Shown piece by piece: positions 18,126-26,802 of a stretch of 64,000 nucleotides of DNA. Where the stretch lies: assembly GCA_017460065.1 (NCBI GenBank), contig JAFUBT010000003.1:7134-71133 (forward strand), read 5' to 3'. The notes below the pieces were generated by a model. The model saw nothing but the letters and a program-made list of their open reading frames with translations. It did not search any database and was not told the origin of the DNA. Position numbers and translations under genes: made by a program. Every line of letters starts with the position of its first letter. Position 1 is the first letter of the stretch. This DNA is from Candidatus Saccharimonadota bacterium (GTDB lineage Bacteria > Patescibacteriota > Saccharimonadia > Saccharimonadales > Saccharimonadaceae).

Positions 18126-19880
18126 CTATAGCCTCCGCAAATATTCCGCCAAATCCCCCAAGGCCACCGTCTCTTCTTTCTCGCACAGACGCACGCTTAC
18201 CGTCCCCGCCTCAGCATCCTTCGGCCCCACAATCAACACACAAGGAATCTTCATTTTTGTAGCCTCACGAATCTTCTTACCCAGACTCTCATTGCGCTCA
18301 TCAACAAAATATCGCAATTTATTATGCTCAATCGGCTCCGACAGCTCCATCCCATCCAAAACCGCCTGAATCTGCGCCACATATTCGCCAACTGAATCGT
18401 TGATCGTCAAAATCCGCACCTGCTCCGGCGCGCACCAAAACGGGAACCAGCCCGCCGTATGCTCAATAAACACACTCAGAAAACGCTCCACCGAGCCAAT
18501 CAACGCACAGTGAATCATAATCGGTGTCTTTTTCGAGCCATCCTCGGCTACGTACTCTAAGCCAAACCGCGCCGGCATCGCATAATCCAACTGCACCGTC
18601 GCTAACTGCCATTCACGCCCCAGAGCATCCACGGCCATAAAGTCCATCTTTGGTCCATACATCGCCGCCTCACCCTCGCCGACGTAGTAATCCATCTCAA
18701 ACTTCTCGGCCATCGCCTGAATCGAGTTTTGCGCCTTTTTCCACATCTCTGGCGTGCCAATATAACCATCGCCATCATCACGGAAAGACAGGCGCAACTT
18801 CAACTGCATGTCAACTCGTGCGTACAAATCTTTCGCCGACTCAATTAGCTCGCCGAAAATCTCGCCCACCTGCTCCTCGGTACAAAACACATGCGAATCG
18901 TCCTGCGTGATTGCCCTTACTCGCGACAAGCCACCCAGCTCTCCCTTGCGTTCATCACGATACACCGTCGTCGTCTCAAGAAACTTCACCGGCAATTCTT
19001 TGTACGAACGAGGTACGCTAGCAAAAATCTGGCTGTGATGCGGACAATTCACCGGTTTGAGCGCCAATTCGTCGCCCGATTCGGCGCTCGTAAAACGTAA
19101 CATTTCCGGGAATTTCTCCAAATGCCCCGAAGTTTTATACAAATCTGTGCTCGCAATGTGCGGGATGCAAACCTTCTGGTAACCACAACGCTCGCGATAG
19201 CTATTCGCCAAAGCCGCCACCATATCACGCAGCACCGTCCCACGTGGCGTAAAGAGCGGCAAGCCCGCCCCCACTAAATCCGAAAAACAGAACAGCCCCA
19301 GCTCTTTGCCAAGTTTACGATGGTCGCGCCGTCGTGCTTCTTCCTGTCGCGCTTCATAATCTGCCAGCTCTTCCTGCGTAGCAAAGGCCAAACCATAAAT
19401 CCGCGTCAACATCTCGCGCTTTTCGTCGCCCTTCCAGTAGGCACCCGCAATGCGTTCGAGCTTAAACACGCCGACTTCACCCGTATTCTCAACATGCGGA
19501 CCACGGCACAAATCTTCAAAATCCCCCAAAGTATAGAAAGAAATCACTTCGTCTTCGGGTAGCTCTTCGATTAGCTCCATCTTGTAACTCTGCCCGCCAT
19601 CCTTTGCCCACTGCAAAGCCTCTGCCCGCGTTTTCTCGCTGCGCACAATTGGCAACTTCTGCGCAATTATTTTGCGCATTTCTTTCTCGATTTTCTTTAA
19701 ATCGGCCTCGACGACCTTCGCTCCGCCGAAATCAATATCATAGTAGAAACCATTATCAATGGCCGGGCCAATCCCAAACTTGATTGTTGTGCTGTCAGTA
19801 TAAAGATTTTTTACCGCCGCCGCCATGATATGGCTGAGGGAATGGCGCATTTTCTCTAAATATGATTCATCTGACATCAC
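18126..19880 (-). CDS. thrS: threonine--tRNA ligase (short form without N-terminal TGS domain)
   Basis: 584 aa with class II motifs, for example FRDE-like RDERKGELGGLSRVRAITQDDSHVFC, and a C-terminal anticodon-binding domain. The start is GTG at 19880 or ATG at 19877. Confidence 0.9.
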   Translation of the reverse strand: MMSDESYLEKMRHSLSHIMAAAVKNLYTDSTTIKFGIGPAIDNGFYYDIDFGGAKVVEADLKKIEKEMRKIIAQKLPIVRSEKTRAEALQWAKDGGQSYKMELIEELPEDEVISFYTLGDFEDLCRGPHVENTGEVGVFKLERIAGAYWKGDEKREMLTRIYGLAFATQEELADYEARQEEARRRDHRKLGKELGLFCFSDLVGAGLPLFTPRGTVLRDMVAALANSYRERCGYQKVCIPHIASTDLYKTSGHLEKFPEMLRFTSAESGDELALKPVNCPHHSQIFASVPRSYKELPVKFLETTTVYRDERKGELGGLSRVRAITQDDSHVFCTEEQVGEIFGELIESAKDLYARVDMQLKLRLSFRDDGDGYIGTPEMWKKAQNSIQAMAEKFEMDYYVGEGEAAMYGPKMDFMAVDALGREWQLATVQLDYAMPARFGLEYVAEDGSKKTPIMIHCALIGSVERFLSVFIEHTAGWFPFWCAPEQVRILTINDSVGEYVAQIQAVLDGMELSEPIEHNKLRYFVDERNESLGKKIREATKMKIPCVLIVGPKDAEAGTVSVRLCEKEETVALGDLAEYLRRL

Positions 19881-19957
19881 TGCCCTTTCTTAATTACTAA
19901 TTAACTCTGTTATTTTACCATATTCACCGGTATTTTCCATTCCGCCACTCTCCTCTA

Positions 19958-19986
19958 TTGCAAAAATCAATAAAATGTGCTATAAT
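19958..19986 (+). promoter_or_regulatory. promoter of the DUF1704 gene (extended -10)
   Basis: TTGCAA (19958-19963), 17-nt spacer, TGc TATAAT (19978-19986). A ~55-nt leader follows with hairpin gttccg/cggaac, then an AGGAG RBS. Confidence 0.55.
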
Positions 19987-20046
19987 AACGAGAAGTCCAA
20001 CGTTCCGTACGGAGCGGAACTAGTCCCTTAGGAGTGTGATGTTTTT

Positions 20047-21285
20047 ATGAAGGAAACCTTGGGCAGAATCGCCAAAATCGCGATGCGCCTCAACCCCGTT
20101 GAACTGGTCACCCCAGTCAACGAGCGCGACATGCGCGAGAGTTTTCTCAATGCATACGAAGGCGGCATTAAACTACCACCCTACTTCATCTATGATTCGC
20201 GAGCTCTCAATGATGCCACCAAACGCGGGCGAGAATTAGTAGATCTGTACAACAAGTTCCTAATCCTATCGAAAGATTGTCCGGCCACACGGTTTGAGCC
20301 ACGGCAAGAACGCGCCGTCCAAGGCCTCATTTACCGCAGAATCCATGAGGCCCTGCAAACCTACCAGATGGCAGTCGCCCTCCAAGCCAGCGACGACTCC
20401 ACCCTCTCCCGTATGGTCCAAGCAAAATATGGCGAGCCAGACGGCCGTCTTATCGCTATGGCCTACGACCTGACAGATTGGCCCACGAAAAAACGTGCCA
20501 GTACTATCGACGATAGCATCGTCGCACTACTGCGCTCCTTGCACTTTGATGCTGAGAATATTGCTTACTTTTTCCGTAAGGCTCTCAACATCTACGGTAT
20601 CAAGGGGTGGAATGTTAGCCTCGACGACGAAGTCTGCGCAATTGACGTCCGCGACAAAAACCGCGGTGGCCGCCCCATGGTCGTCATTCCCAGCAACCGC
20701 CGAGTTGACGGATTGAAGCTCCTCGAGCTCATTGGTCACGAAATCGAGTGCCATCTGCGCTGCACCGAAAACTCGCGTCACTTCTGGCGTGAGATTCTCT
20801 GTGATGAGTATCAGCCCCTGGTCCCGCTGCTCGCCAAAAGCGATGACGCATTCCTCTATGAGGGGTGCGCCAAACGCAACGACGTGATGGTCAGCGGCAG
20901 CAGCGCAATGCCGTCGCCTTATTACGTCATCGCGATCGATCGTGCCTTGCGAGGCTATTCGTTCATCGATACCTTTGAAGTTATCGCTGGCCTACAGCTC
21001 ATGCGAGACATACCGCGCGAAACCGCCTACTCACGTGCTTGGGTTATTACCCGCCGCATCTATCGCGGCATCAGTAACCCCATTCACGGCGGCTATGCTT
21101 TCACGAAAGACTGGGCGTATTTTGGCGGTTACTACAACAGCAACGCCGCCAATCGACTCGCCAATGATTTCTCAAGCATGACCACTCGCGACATCGCCGA
21201 ATTGCACGGCGCTGGTATCCGCTTTACGACCACCCACGAGCATCTCAAGCTCTGCCTGGATCCGTGGCAACTCGGCATCATCTAA
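20047..21285 (+). CDS. DUF1704/MATCAP-like putative metallocarboxypeptidase (HExxH intact)
   Basis: LIGHEIECHLRC (HExxH) and GGYAFTKDWAYFGGYY. The family assignment is from memory of DUF1704-like sequences, not a search. Confidence 0.5.
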   Translation: MKETLGRIAKIAMRLNPVELVTPVNERDMRESFLNAYEGGIKLPPYFIYDSRALNDATKRGRELVDLYNKFLILSKDCPATRFEPRQERAVQGLIYRRIHEALQTYQMAVALQASDDSTLSRMVQAKYGEPDGRLIAMAYDLTDWPTKKRASTIDDSIVALLRSLHFDAENIAYFFRKALNIYGIKGWNVSLDDEVCAIDVRDKNRGGRPMVVIPSNRRVDGLKLLELIGHEIECHLRCTENSRHFWREILCDEYQPLVPLLAKSDDAFLYEGCAKRNDVMVSGSSAMPSPYYVIAIDRALRGYSFIDTFEVIAGLQLMRDIPRETAYSRAWVITRRIYRGISNPIHGGYAFTKDWAYFGGYYNSNAANRLANDFSSMTTRDIAELHGAGIRFTTTHEHLKLCLDPWQLGII

Positions 21286-21300
21286 CCACTCCAACTCATA

Positions 21301-21330
21301 CCGCCAGCCCACTCGGACTGGCGGTTTTCT
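21301..21330 (+). terminator. intrinsic terminator
   Basis: ccgccag/ctggcgg stem followed by TTTTCTCTT. Confidence 0.65.
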
Positions 21331-21381
21331 CTTGTCCATGCTACAATTACAAAGCAACTTTACCTCACGGCATCAATATTT

Positions 21382-21458
21382 GGGTCGCTAGCTCAGTTGG
21401 CTAGAGCGCCTCGTTTACACCGAGGAGGTCGGGGGTTCGAGCCCCTCGCGACCCACCA
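21382..21458 (+). tRNA. tRNA-Val(TAC), CCA encoded
   Basis: GGGTCGC acceptor, anticodon loop TTTACAC, T-arm GGGGGTTCGAGCCCC, ending GCGACCCACCA. Confidence 0.9.
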
Positions 21459-21639
21459 GAGAAACTAGAAATACCCAATACAGCCCGCTACTCCGCATAT
21501 GTGCGAGGAGGGGCGAGAACCCAAAGGTTCGTGCGAGCAAGGAGCCGAAGCAAGCAAAAATGCTTGCATTTTTATTTGTGAGGCGACGCCGCGAACCAAG
21601 GCTCCGTCAGGAGCCGCTGCCCCTCGCGACCCACCAGAG
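21441..21639 (+). repeat. 21-bp direct repeat of the tRNA-Val 3' end flanking a 157-bp palindromic insert (att-like scar)
   Basis: gcccctcgcgacccaccagag occurs at 21441-21461 and again at 21619-21639. The segment between folds as a long imperfect palindrome centred on gcaagcaaaaatgcttgc. Confidence 0.6.
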
Positions 21640-21668
21640 GATTATGAATACCCCGCGGGGTATTTTTT

Positions 21669-22133
21669 CTATGTCATTACTACGTAACTTACGTATTCTC
21701 TCCCCAACCAATCTTCCACCTTGCAGCGCTTGCGAATTTCCTCACAGCTAATTTTATTAAATCCCAGCTCAAGCCCCACCCCGAGCATCTTCGCGTAAGC
21801 CTCTTTCAGTACCCACGCTTCTAGCAAATCCTCACTTTCCTCCGGAGTCAAAATCCGCCGCCGCATACGTTCATTAATCGGCCGTCGTAACTGCAAATCA
21901 AAACCCACCGCCTCACGCGCCATCGCGACCCCCCAATACGGACCCGAATGACTGATGCTAAAATGCCAGCCACTTACTGGCTGCGGCTTACCATACTCGT
22001 CGCGCGGAATTTTCGTATAGTCCACCTCCACGCCAAACTCTTCCCGAAACACCCGCGCCAACATCTCTGCCGACCGCCGCTGCGCCCCATCGCCAATCTT
22101 ATAGACAAAAACTCGAGCAGTTCCATCTTTCAT
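21669..22133 (-). CDS. 4'-phosphopantetheinyl transferase (Sfp-type)
   Basis: GKPQPVSGWHFSISHSGPYWGVAMA, VGFDLQ, WVLKEAYAKMLGVGL. The start could be 22160 or 22133. Confidence 0.7.
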   Translation of the reverse strand: MKDGTARVFVYKIGDGAQRRSAEMLARVFREEFGVEVDYTKIPRDEYGKPQPVSGWHFSISHSGPYWGVAMAREAVGFDLQLRRPINERMRRRILTPEESEDLLEAWVLKEAYAKMLGVGLELGFNKISCEEIRKRCKVEDWLGREYVSYVVMT

Positions 22134-22164
22134 ACCCTCTATTATAAATAGAGAGCACAAAAAA

Positions 22165-22240
22165 TGGAGCCGCGACCGGGATTTGAACCCGGGACCTCAT
22201 CCTTACCATGGATGCGCTCTACCAACTGAGCTATCGCGGC
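22165..22240 (-). tRNA. tRNA-Thr(GGT), CCA encoded
   Basis: Minus strand GCCGCGATAGCTCAGTTGGTAGAGCGCATCCATGGTAAGGATGAGGTCCCGGGTTCAAATCCCGGTCGCGGCTCCA. Confidence 0.9.
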
Positions 22241-22302
22241 ACTGCGATCATTCTATCATATCTGAAGACGAAAAGAAATAGCCGCCTCACGTCAGACTCC
22301 GC

Positions 22303-22308
22303 TATAAT
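22303..22308 (+). promoter_or_regulatory. -10 box placed for a leaderless transcript of the GT39 gene
   Basis: TATAAT at 22303-22308. ATG at 22316 is 7 nt downstream, with no room for an RBS. Confidence 0.45.
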
Positions 22309-22315
22309 AATAAAC

Positions 22316-23770
22316 ATGAAGCGCGATACACCCAAAAAACCATTCAGTATCATCTCTTATCTTGCACCGCTCGGCTCTGCTTTAATTTTTACAATCTTGT
22401 CCTGCCTCAATCTTCGCACTGCCATGTGGTTTGATGAATCGTACTCCGCCTATCTCGTTCGTGGCGATTTCGGCCAAATCTGGCAAATGACCGCTCTCGA
22501 CGTTCATCCGCCTTTCTATTACTTCTGCCTCAAAGTCTGGTCTCTTCTCTTCGGCAATAGCGATTTCGCTCTTCGCTCCATGAGCGTTTTCTTCGGCGGT
22601 CTAGCAATCATCCTTACTTTCTTCCTTCTCCGTCGCTGGTTCGGCGAAAAAGCCGCCGCCATCTCTACCCTCGCACTCAGCATTGCGCCAATCTTTGTCC
22701 GCTACAGCCAAGAAATGCGCATGTATGCTCTAGTTTTCGCTATTATCATTGGCGCCACCCTTGTCCTCGACATTGCGCTCAAATCCAAACGCAAAGTCGC
22801 CTGGTGCGCTTACGCCCTCCTCGTTTGTCTTGGCATGTGGACACATTATTTCTCCGCCCTCGCTTGGCTCGCCCAACTTGGATACATTATTTACTACTTC
22901 CGTCAGCATGGTCGTCAGAATAGCATTTTCTGGGTTTACCCGCTCGCCGTCCTGCTCTATTTGCCTTGGCTGCCATCGTTCTTCTCGCAAGTGAAATCCG
23001 TCCAAAGCGGCTTCTGGATTCCCCCCGTCGACCTCAGTACGCCACTCAGCTTCTTTTCCGAAAGCCTCGTCCAGAGCAACGCCGCCGATACACAATCTTG
23101 GCTCGCCCTTCTCGTCTGCGCCCTAATTTGGCTCAGCGCCTACCTGCTGCACCGCCATACCCCTAAAGCAGCTCGCGGTAAATTCGGCTTTCTTCTCGCA
23201 ATGACTTTTGTACCACCCATCCTCCTCATGCTGCTTTCTCTACCGCCGCTCAAACCAACCTACGTTACCCGTTATGTTGTATACTCAGCCAGCCTACTTT
23301 GGGCCATCATCGGCTTGGCCGCATATTGGACCTGGCGCTACGGCAAAAAAGCCCTCGCCGTCGCCTTCGCCGTTCTTGCACTTATCTCAGCCAGCATCGG
23401 GCTTTACTCTGTCACCACTCGTCAAAATAACGAAGATGTTCGTGGCCTAGTTGCGGTCTTGCAGGCTCACGAAGCTGCCCCTATTCTCGTTCACGTCGAC
23501 GCCATGAGCTACTACGACTTCTTCTTCTACGAGAGCGCCGAACGGCCAATTTACGGCATCGATGTCGACTTTGTCTGGAATTCACTCGAGCCCATCCGTC
23601 AATATTCGCAAAATTATCTCAGCGACCTCGATTCCTACATTGTTCAGCAAGATCGCTTTTGGCTCGTTCTACCCAACGACGCCGCCGCCGATTATGCCTT
23701 TGCCGGTTTTCGCCCCAGTGACAGCATTATTACCGACCACTACACCGCCACTGCTTATCAAAAGCTTTAG
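22316..23770 (+). CDS. GT39/ArnT-like (PMT_2) membrane glycosyltransferase
   Basis: About 12 TM helices, with N-terminal loop MWFDESYSAYLVRGDFGQIWQMTALDVHPPFYY typical of the ArnT/PMT family. The ORF-track start at 22208 overlaps tRNA-Thr and is rejected. Confidence 0.65.
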   Translation: MKRDTPKKPFSIISYLAPLGSALIFTILSCLNLRTAMWFDESYSAYLVRGDFGQIWQMTALDVHPPFYYFCLKVWSLLFGNSDFALRSMSVFFGGLAIILTFFLLRRWFGEKAAAISTLALSIAPIFVRYSQEMRMYALVFAIIIGATLVLDIALKSKRKVAWCAYALLVCLGMWTHYFSALAWLAQLGYIIYYFRQHGRQNSIFWVYPLAVLLYLPWLPSFFSQVKSVQSGFWIPPVDLSTPLSFFSESLVQSNAADTQSWLALLVCALIWLSAYLLHRHTPKAARGKFGFLLAMTFVPPILLMLLSLPPLKPTYVTRYVVYSASLLWAIIGLAAYWTWRYGKKALAVAFAVLALISASIGLYSVTTRQNNEDVRGLVAVLQAHEAAPILVHVDAMSYYDFFFYESAERPIYGIDVDFVWNSLEPIRQYSQNYLSDLDSYIVQQDRFWLVLPNDAAADYAFAGFRPSDSIITDHYTATAYQKL

Positions 23771-23824
23771 CGCCAAGAAAAATCCCCGCATTACTCCTGC
23801 GGGGATTTGGCATAATCGCTTGGA

Positions 23825-24307
23825 TTATGCCAGTTCTTGGAAATAGTACCATTCGGCGTGCTCGTCTGCCGTCTCGCCCAAAACCGACAATAGTCGCATC
23901 AACTGCGTTGCGGCAATGTAGCCTCCGAGCTCTTCGCTCCAAAAATGCGCACCGCATCGATCGGCCGGAATATGGCAGTTAAAGGGTAGCCGCTGCTGCA
24001 TGCCATAATGCCGCTCTATTGTAATCGATAGCGACAATAGCGGACCATAAGTCCATTCCTCCATCGGTGCCGCGACCAACATTAACTCGAACTCGTTGTC
24101 CCACAGCTCAAAGCTAGCTGCGATACCGCTCTGCATGGCATGTTCGCCATCCCAGCCAAAGAAGCACAACAAGTCTTCGAAATGCAGTTCCCAGCCGCCT
24201 TCGGGTAGCCGTTCTACGAAGCCCATTTGCACCGCAAATTGCACCGCATCACTAACTTGACCGGCACAATTTCGCCATGCGAAAGCTCCCATTCGGAACA
24301 CCTCCAT
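23825..24307 (-). CDS. hypothetical acidic Trp-rich cytoplasmic protein
   Basis: 160-aa ORF with no recognisable motif. Confidence 0.4.
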   Translation of the reverse strand: MEVFRMGAFAWRNCAGQVSDAVQFAVQMGFVERLPEGGWELHFEDLLCFFGWDGEHAMQSGIAASFELWDNEFELMLVAAPMEEWTYGPLLSLSITIERHYGMQQRLPFNCHIPADRCGAHFWSEELGGYIAATQLMRLLSVLGETADEHAEWYYFQELA

Positions 24308-24392
24308 TCCATATGTTTTTCTAAAGTACCTAATTACTATGCTTACCCTATCATCATAACATCAAAAAGTGCTATAATCTAATTATCCATTT

Positions 24393-24468
24393 GGGGTGTT
24401 AGCTCAGTTGGTAGAGCGATTGGTTCGCAATCAATAGGTCAGGAGTTCGAATCTCCTACACTCCACCA
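24393..24468 (+). tRNA. tRNA-Ala(CGC), CCA encoded
   Basis: GGGGTGT acceptor with G3:U70, anticodon loop TTCGCAA. Preceded by TGc TATAAT at 24370-24378. Confidence 0.9.
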
Positions 24469-24507
24469 TATTTCCCGTCAGTTTGTCGGGGCTTTTTTAT
24501 GTGCCAA

Positions 24508-25203
24508 TTATTCAACCAGCATCTCTACTAACAGTACGTCTCGATATAATCGTGCATTCACATCACAAGTCGACAGCATCAATAGCTTTCCGCCAACATG
24601 TTCGTCTCGCCAATTCGTCGCCTGTTGTCGTAGCCGTGCAAGCACATAGTTATTCTTAGCCCGTAAAAAACTATCCACACGGTACAGTTCATCTGTTGCA
24701 TCAATCACGACATACGCCAACACTCGCAGTCGGACTTGCCGCCGTCTTATCGTCAACTCACCACTATCATGCTCTGCAAAATACTCCTCATCGGCAAAGC
24801 GACTAATGTCTCCGAACATCCGATGACCATCCATCCGGTGTCCATAAATCACTGCAAAATCATCGCTAAAATCTCGCGCATTCCGATAATCCAAAAAGAT
24901 ACTTCCCGCCGTCGCATATTCATCCCGATAATTGTGCCGCAAGTAATAGTTGTTGTCCGCCGCTTGCATAATCGGCTGGTTAATCTGCGTCTCATCAAAT
25001 TTAATCCAGCCCACTAAGTTTGCGCTGGCCGCCGCATCCGCCAAGACCACTTCCGCCTGCGCCTCGTCCGCAAACACCGGTGCGCTCTGCATCACCTGCC
25101 GCGCATCCCACAAGGCATAACCACCCAAAGCCAACATTCAGACCACGATGGACCACATTATCGTTCGTAAAATCACCTCCACCCACCGCAAGCATCTATT
25201 CAT
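24508..25203 (-). CDS. srtB: class B-like sortase; N-terminal membrane anchor interrupted by in-frame TGA at 25138-25140
   Basis: GWIKFDETQINQPIMQAADNNYYLRHNY, GSIFLDYRN, VIYGHRMDGHRMF and LMLSTCD (TLxTC). Own translation from ATG at 25201-25203 gives MNRCLRWVEVILRTIMWSIVV*MLALGGYALW, a TM helix spanning the stop. Confidence 0.75.
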
Positions 25204-25513
25204 CAACAATCCCCCTCACTCGCAACAATGCCAGCACGCGCCCTTTTATTTCGCCACCGTTCATTGCAGGCAACTCGTCAATTCGCCAACCGTTTTTGTC
25301 ATACAATATCACGTCGCTGTCGCCATATTGCCGCCATAATCGCTCATATATCACCAAATCGCCATCTCGCAACGTGGGGTTTTCTTCGCCCGTTGCCCGG
25401 TAAAATCCCAACACCTGCGCAAAACACAGTCAGCCCAACATCAGCAAACAGCCAATTCGCACCAAACACCCAATCTCGAGCCTATCCCGCCACCGTTTTG
25501 TAATTTTCAGCAT
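25196..25513 (-). CDS. SipA/LepA-like signal-peptidase-I homolog lacking the catalytic Ser; in-frame TGA at 25430-25432
   Basis: Own translation from ATG at 25511-25513: MLKITKRWRDRLEIGCLVRIGCLLMLG*LCFAQVLGFYRATGEENPTLRDGDLVIYERL... The S26 box GxSMxPTLxxGD appears here as GEENPTLRDGD. Confidence 0.55.
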
Positions 25514-25564
25514 ACTATACCACTTTAAAGGCCGCCACCATTGCAACGGCCTCGCCTGATTCCT

Positions 25565-26638
25565 CTAGTTTTTCTTTTTCGAAATCGCCCAATACACGCA
25601 AACGCCAGCTATGCCAATAATCGCAATTCCCACGAACGGCAGCACCATCGTCGACACCCCAGTCGCCACCGAACCGTTCCGCATATTATCAAAGCTCGTC
25701 ACATTCTCGGCACTAAAGCTCATCCCGCTCGGGTTGCCACCATATTCACTGGCGGTTTGTTTGGCGCGAGATTGCTTCGTACTTACGCTCATGTCGCCAT
25801 CAACATACGTACTGTAACTATCTGCGTCCAGCTCCGTGATGCTATACTCAAGTCCTAGCGGCAATTCGTTCTCTCCGTTATTGCCAATCTGTACGCTCTG
25901 ACCGTGTTTCAAATACACAAAGTTCTCTTCGCCCACGGTATAGTAGCGCTGCGTCTGGATGCTCTGTCCACCATATTCAACTACCGTATCCTGGCCCGTA
26001 ATCGAAAACACGTCACCCAACCGCGCAGTCGGAAAATCTATCCGGAATTTAAAGTACTCATCGGTGTCCGCATTGTCGCCCGATACAGTCTTGGATAACT
26101 GGATATGAGTCCGACGGGCCATTGAATCAAACATCAAGTTATCCGTCTTCCGACCACCAGCATCCGTTACCTGATCGGCCACCGTTGCAATTAAATTACC
26201 CGTCGGTCTAGTGCCGTCCAGCTCATTACGAGCTGCAATTAGCACCGTATAGGCTTGCATGTCATCAATTGGGTAATTACGCTCGTCCGACGACGCAATC
26301 TCACGAATCACGATTCGGTAGTCCCCTACCTTCGTAAAAGTTAAGTCTGACAAATTCACAATCTTGTCGCTCTGCGCAATCCCACCATTCGGCGTCGCCG
26401 ACACTCGCATACTAAAATTCGCCAATCCGCCAATCTCTGCCGGATTATTCTCGTCGGCCGTCATCGAATAGCTAAATGTTACTGCTACCGGGTTTGCGAC
26501 GTTCGATACGCTCCGCACAATTCTTACATTATTTTCGCCTGACGTAACGTGCGTTTCCGCTGCCATCACCGGCGCCGTTGCGCCCGCCTGCAACATAATC
26601 ATGGCCGCAAAAGCCAGGCCTTGCCAAAACTTTTTCAT
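25565..26638 (-). CDS. sortase-dependent backbone-pilin-like surface protein (isopeptide/CnaB-type folds)
   Basis: Signal peptide MKKFWQGLAFAAMIMLQAGATAPVMA. LTFTKVGDYRIVIREI (T-antigen-like motif). E-box-like LEYSITELDADSY. C-terminus SVATG plus a hydrophobic stretch and KKKN. Confidence 0.6.
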   Translation of the reverse strand: MKKFWQGLAFAAMIMLQAGATAPVMAAETHVTSGENNVRIVRSVSNVANPVAVTFSYSMTADENNPAEIGGLANFSMRVSATPNGGIAQSDKIVNLSDLTFTKVGDYRIVIREIASSDERNYPIDDMQAYTVLIAARNELDGTRPTGNLIATVADQVTDAGGRKTDNLMFDSMARRTHIQLSKTVSGDNADTDEYFKFRIDFPTARLGDVFSITGQDTVVEYGGQSIQTQRYYTVGEENFVYLKHGQSVQIGNNGENELPLGLEYSITELDADSYSTYVDGDMSVSTKQSRAKQTASEYGGNPSGMSFSAENVTSFDNMRNGSVATGVSTMVLPFVGIAIIGIAGVCVYWAISKKKN

Positions 26639-26802
26639 TTTCCTCCTTATGGTTCTTTTTACGGATTCATGGCCACGAATTCGTCTAGCCCTCATTTAAA
26701 CACCCCTCCAAAAAACAAAAAAGCACAAGTACGACGTTTTGCAATCACCTGCTAAAATACATCAAAAATCCCCCTCTAACAGGGGGATTTTATTGAACAA
26801 AT

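Noticed and set aside
21499-21751. Two ~62-aa ORFs between tRNA-Val and the PPTase gene.
   Set aside because: They lie within the palindromic insert and the duplicated tRNA end. There is no RBS, and the sequence is better explained as a repeat.
22208-22315. Upstream extension of the GT39 ORF (MDALYQLSYRG...).
   Set aside because: It is the antisense translation of tRNA-Thr(GGT). A TATAAT box sits at 22303, inside the supposed coding region.
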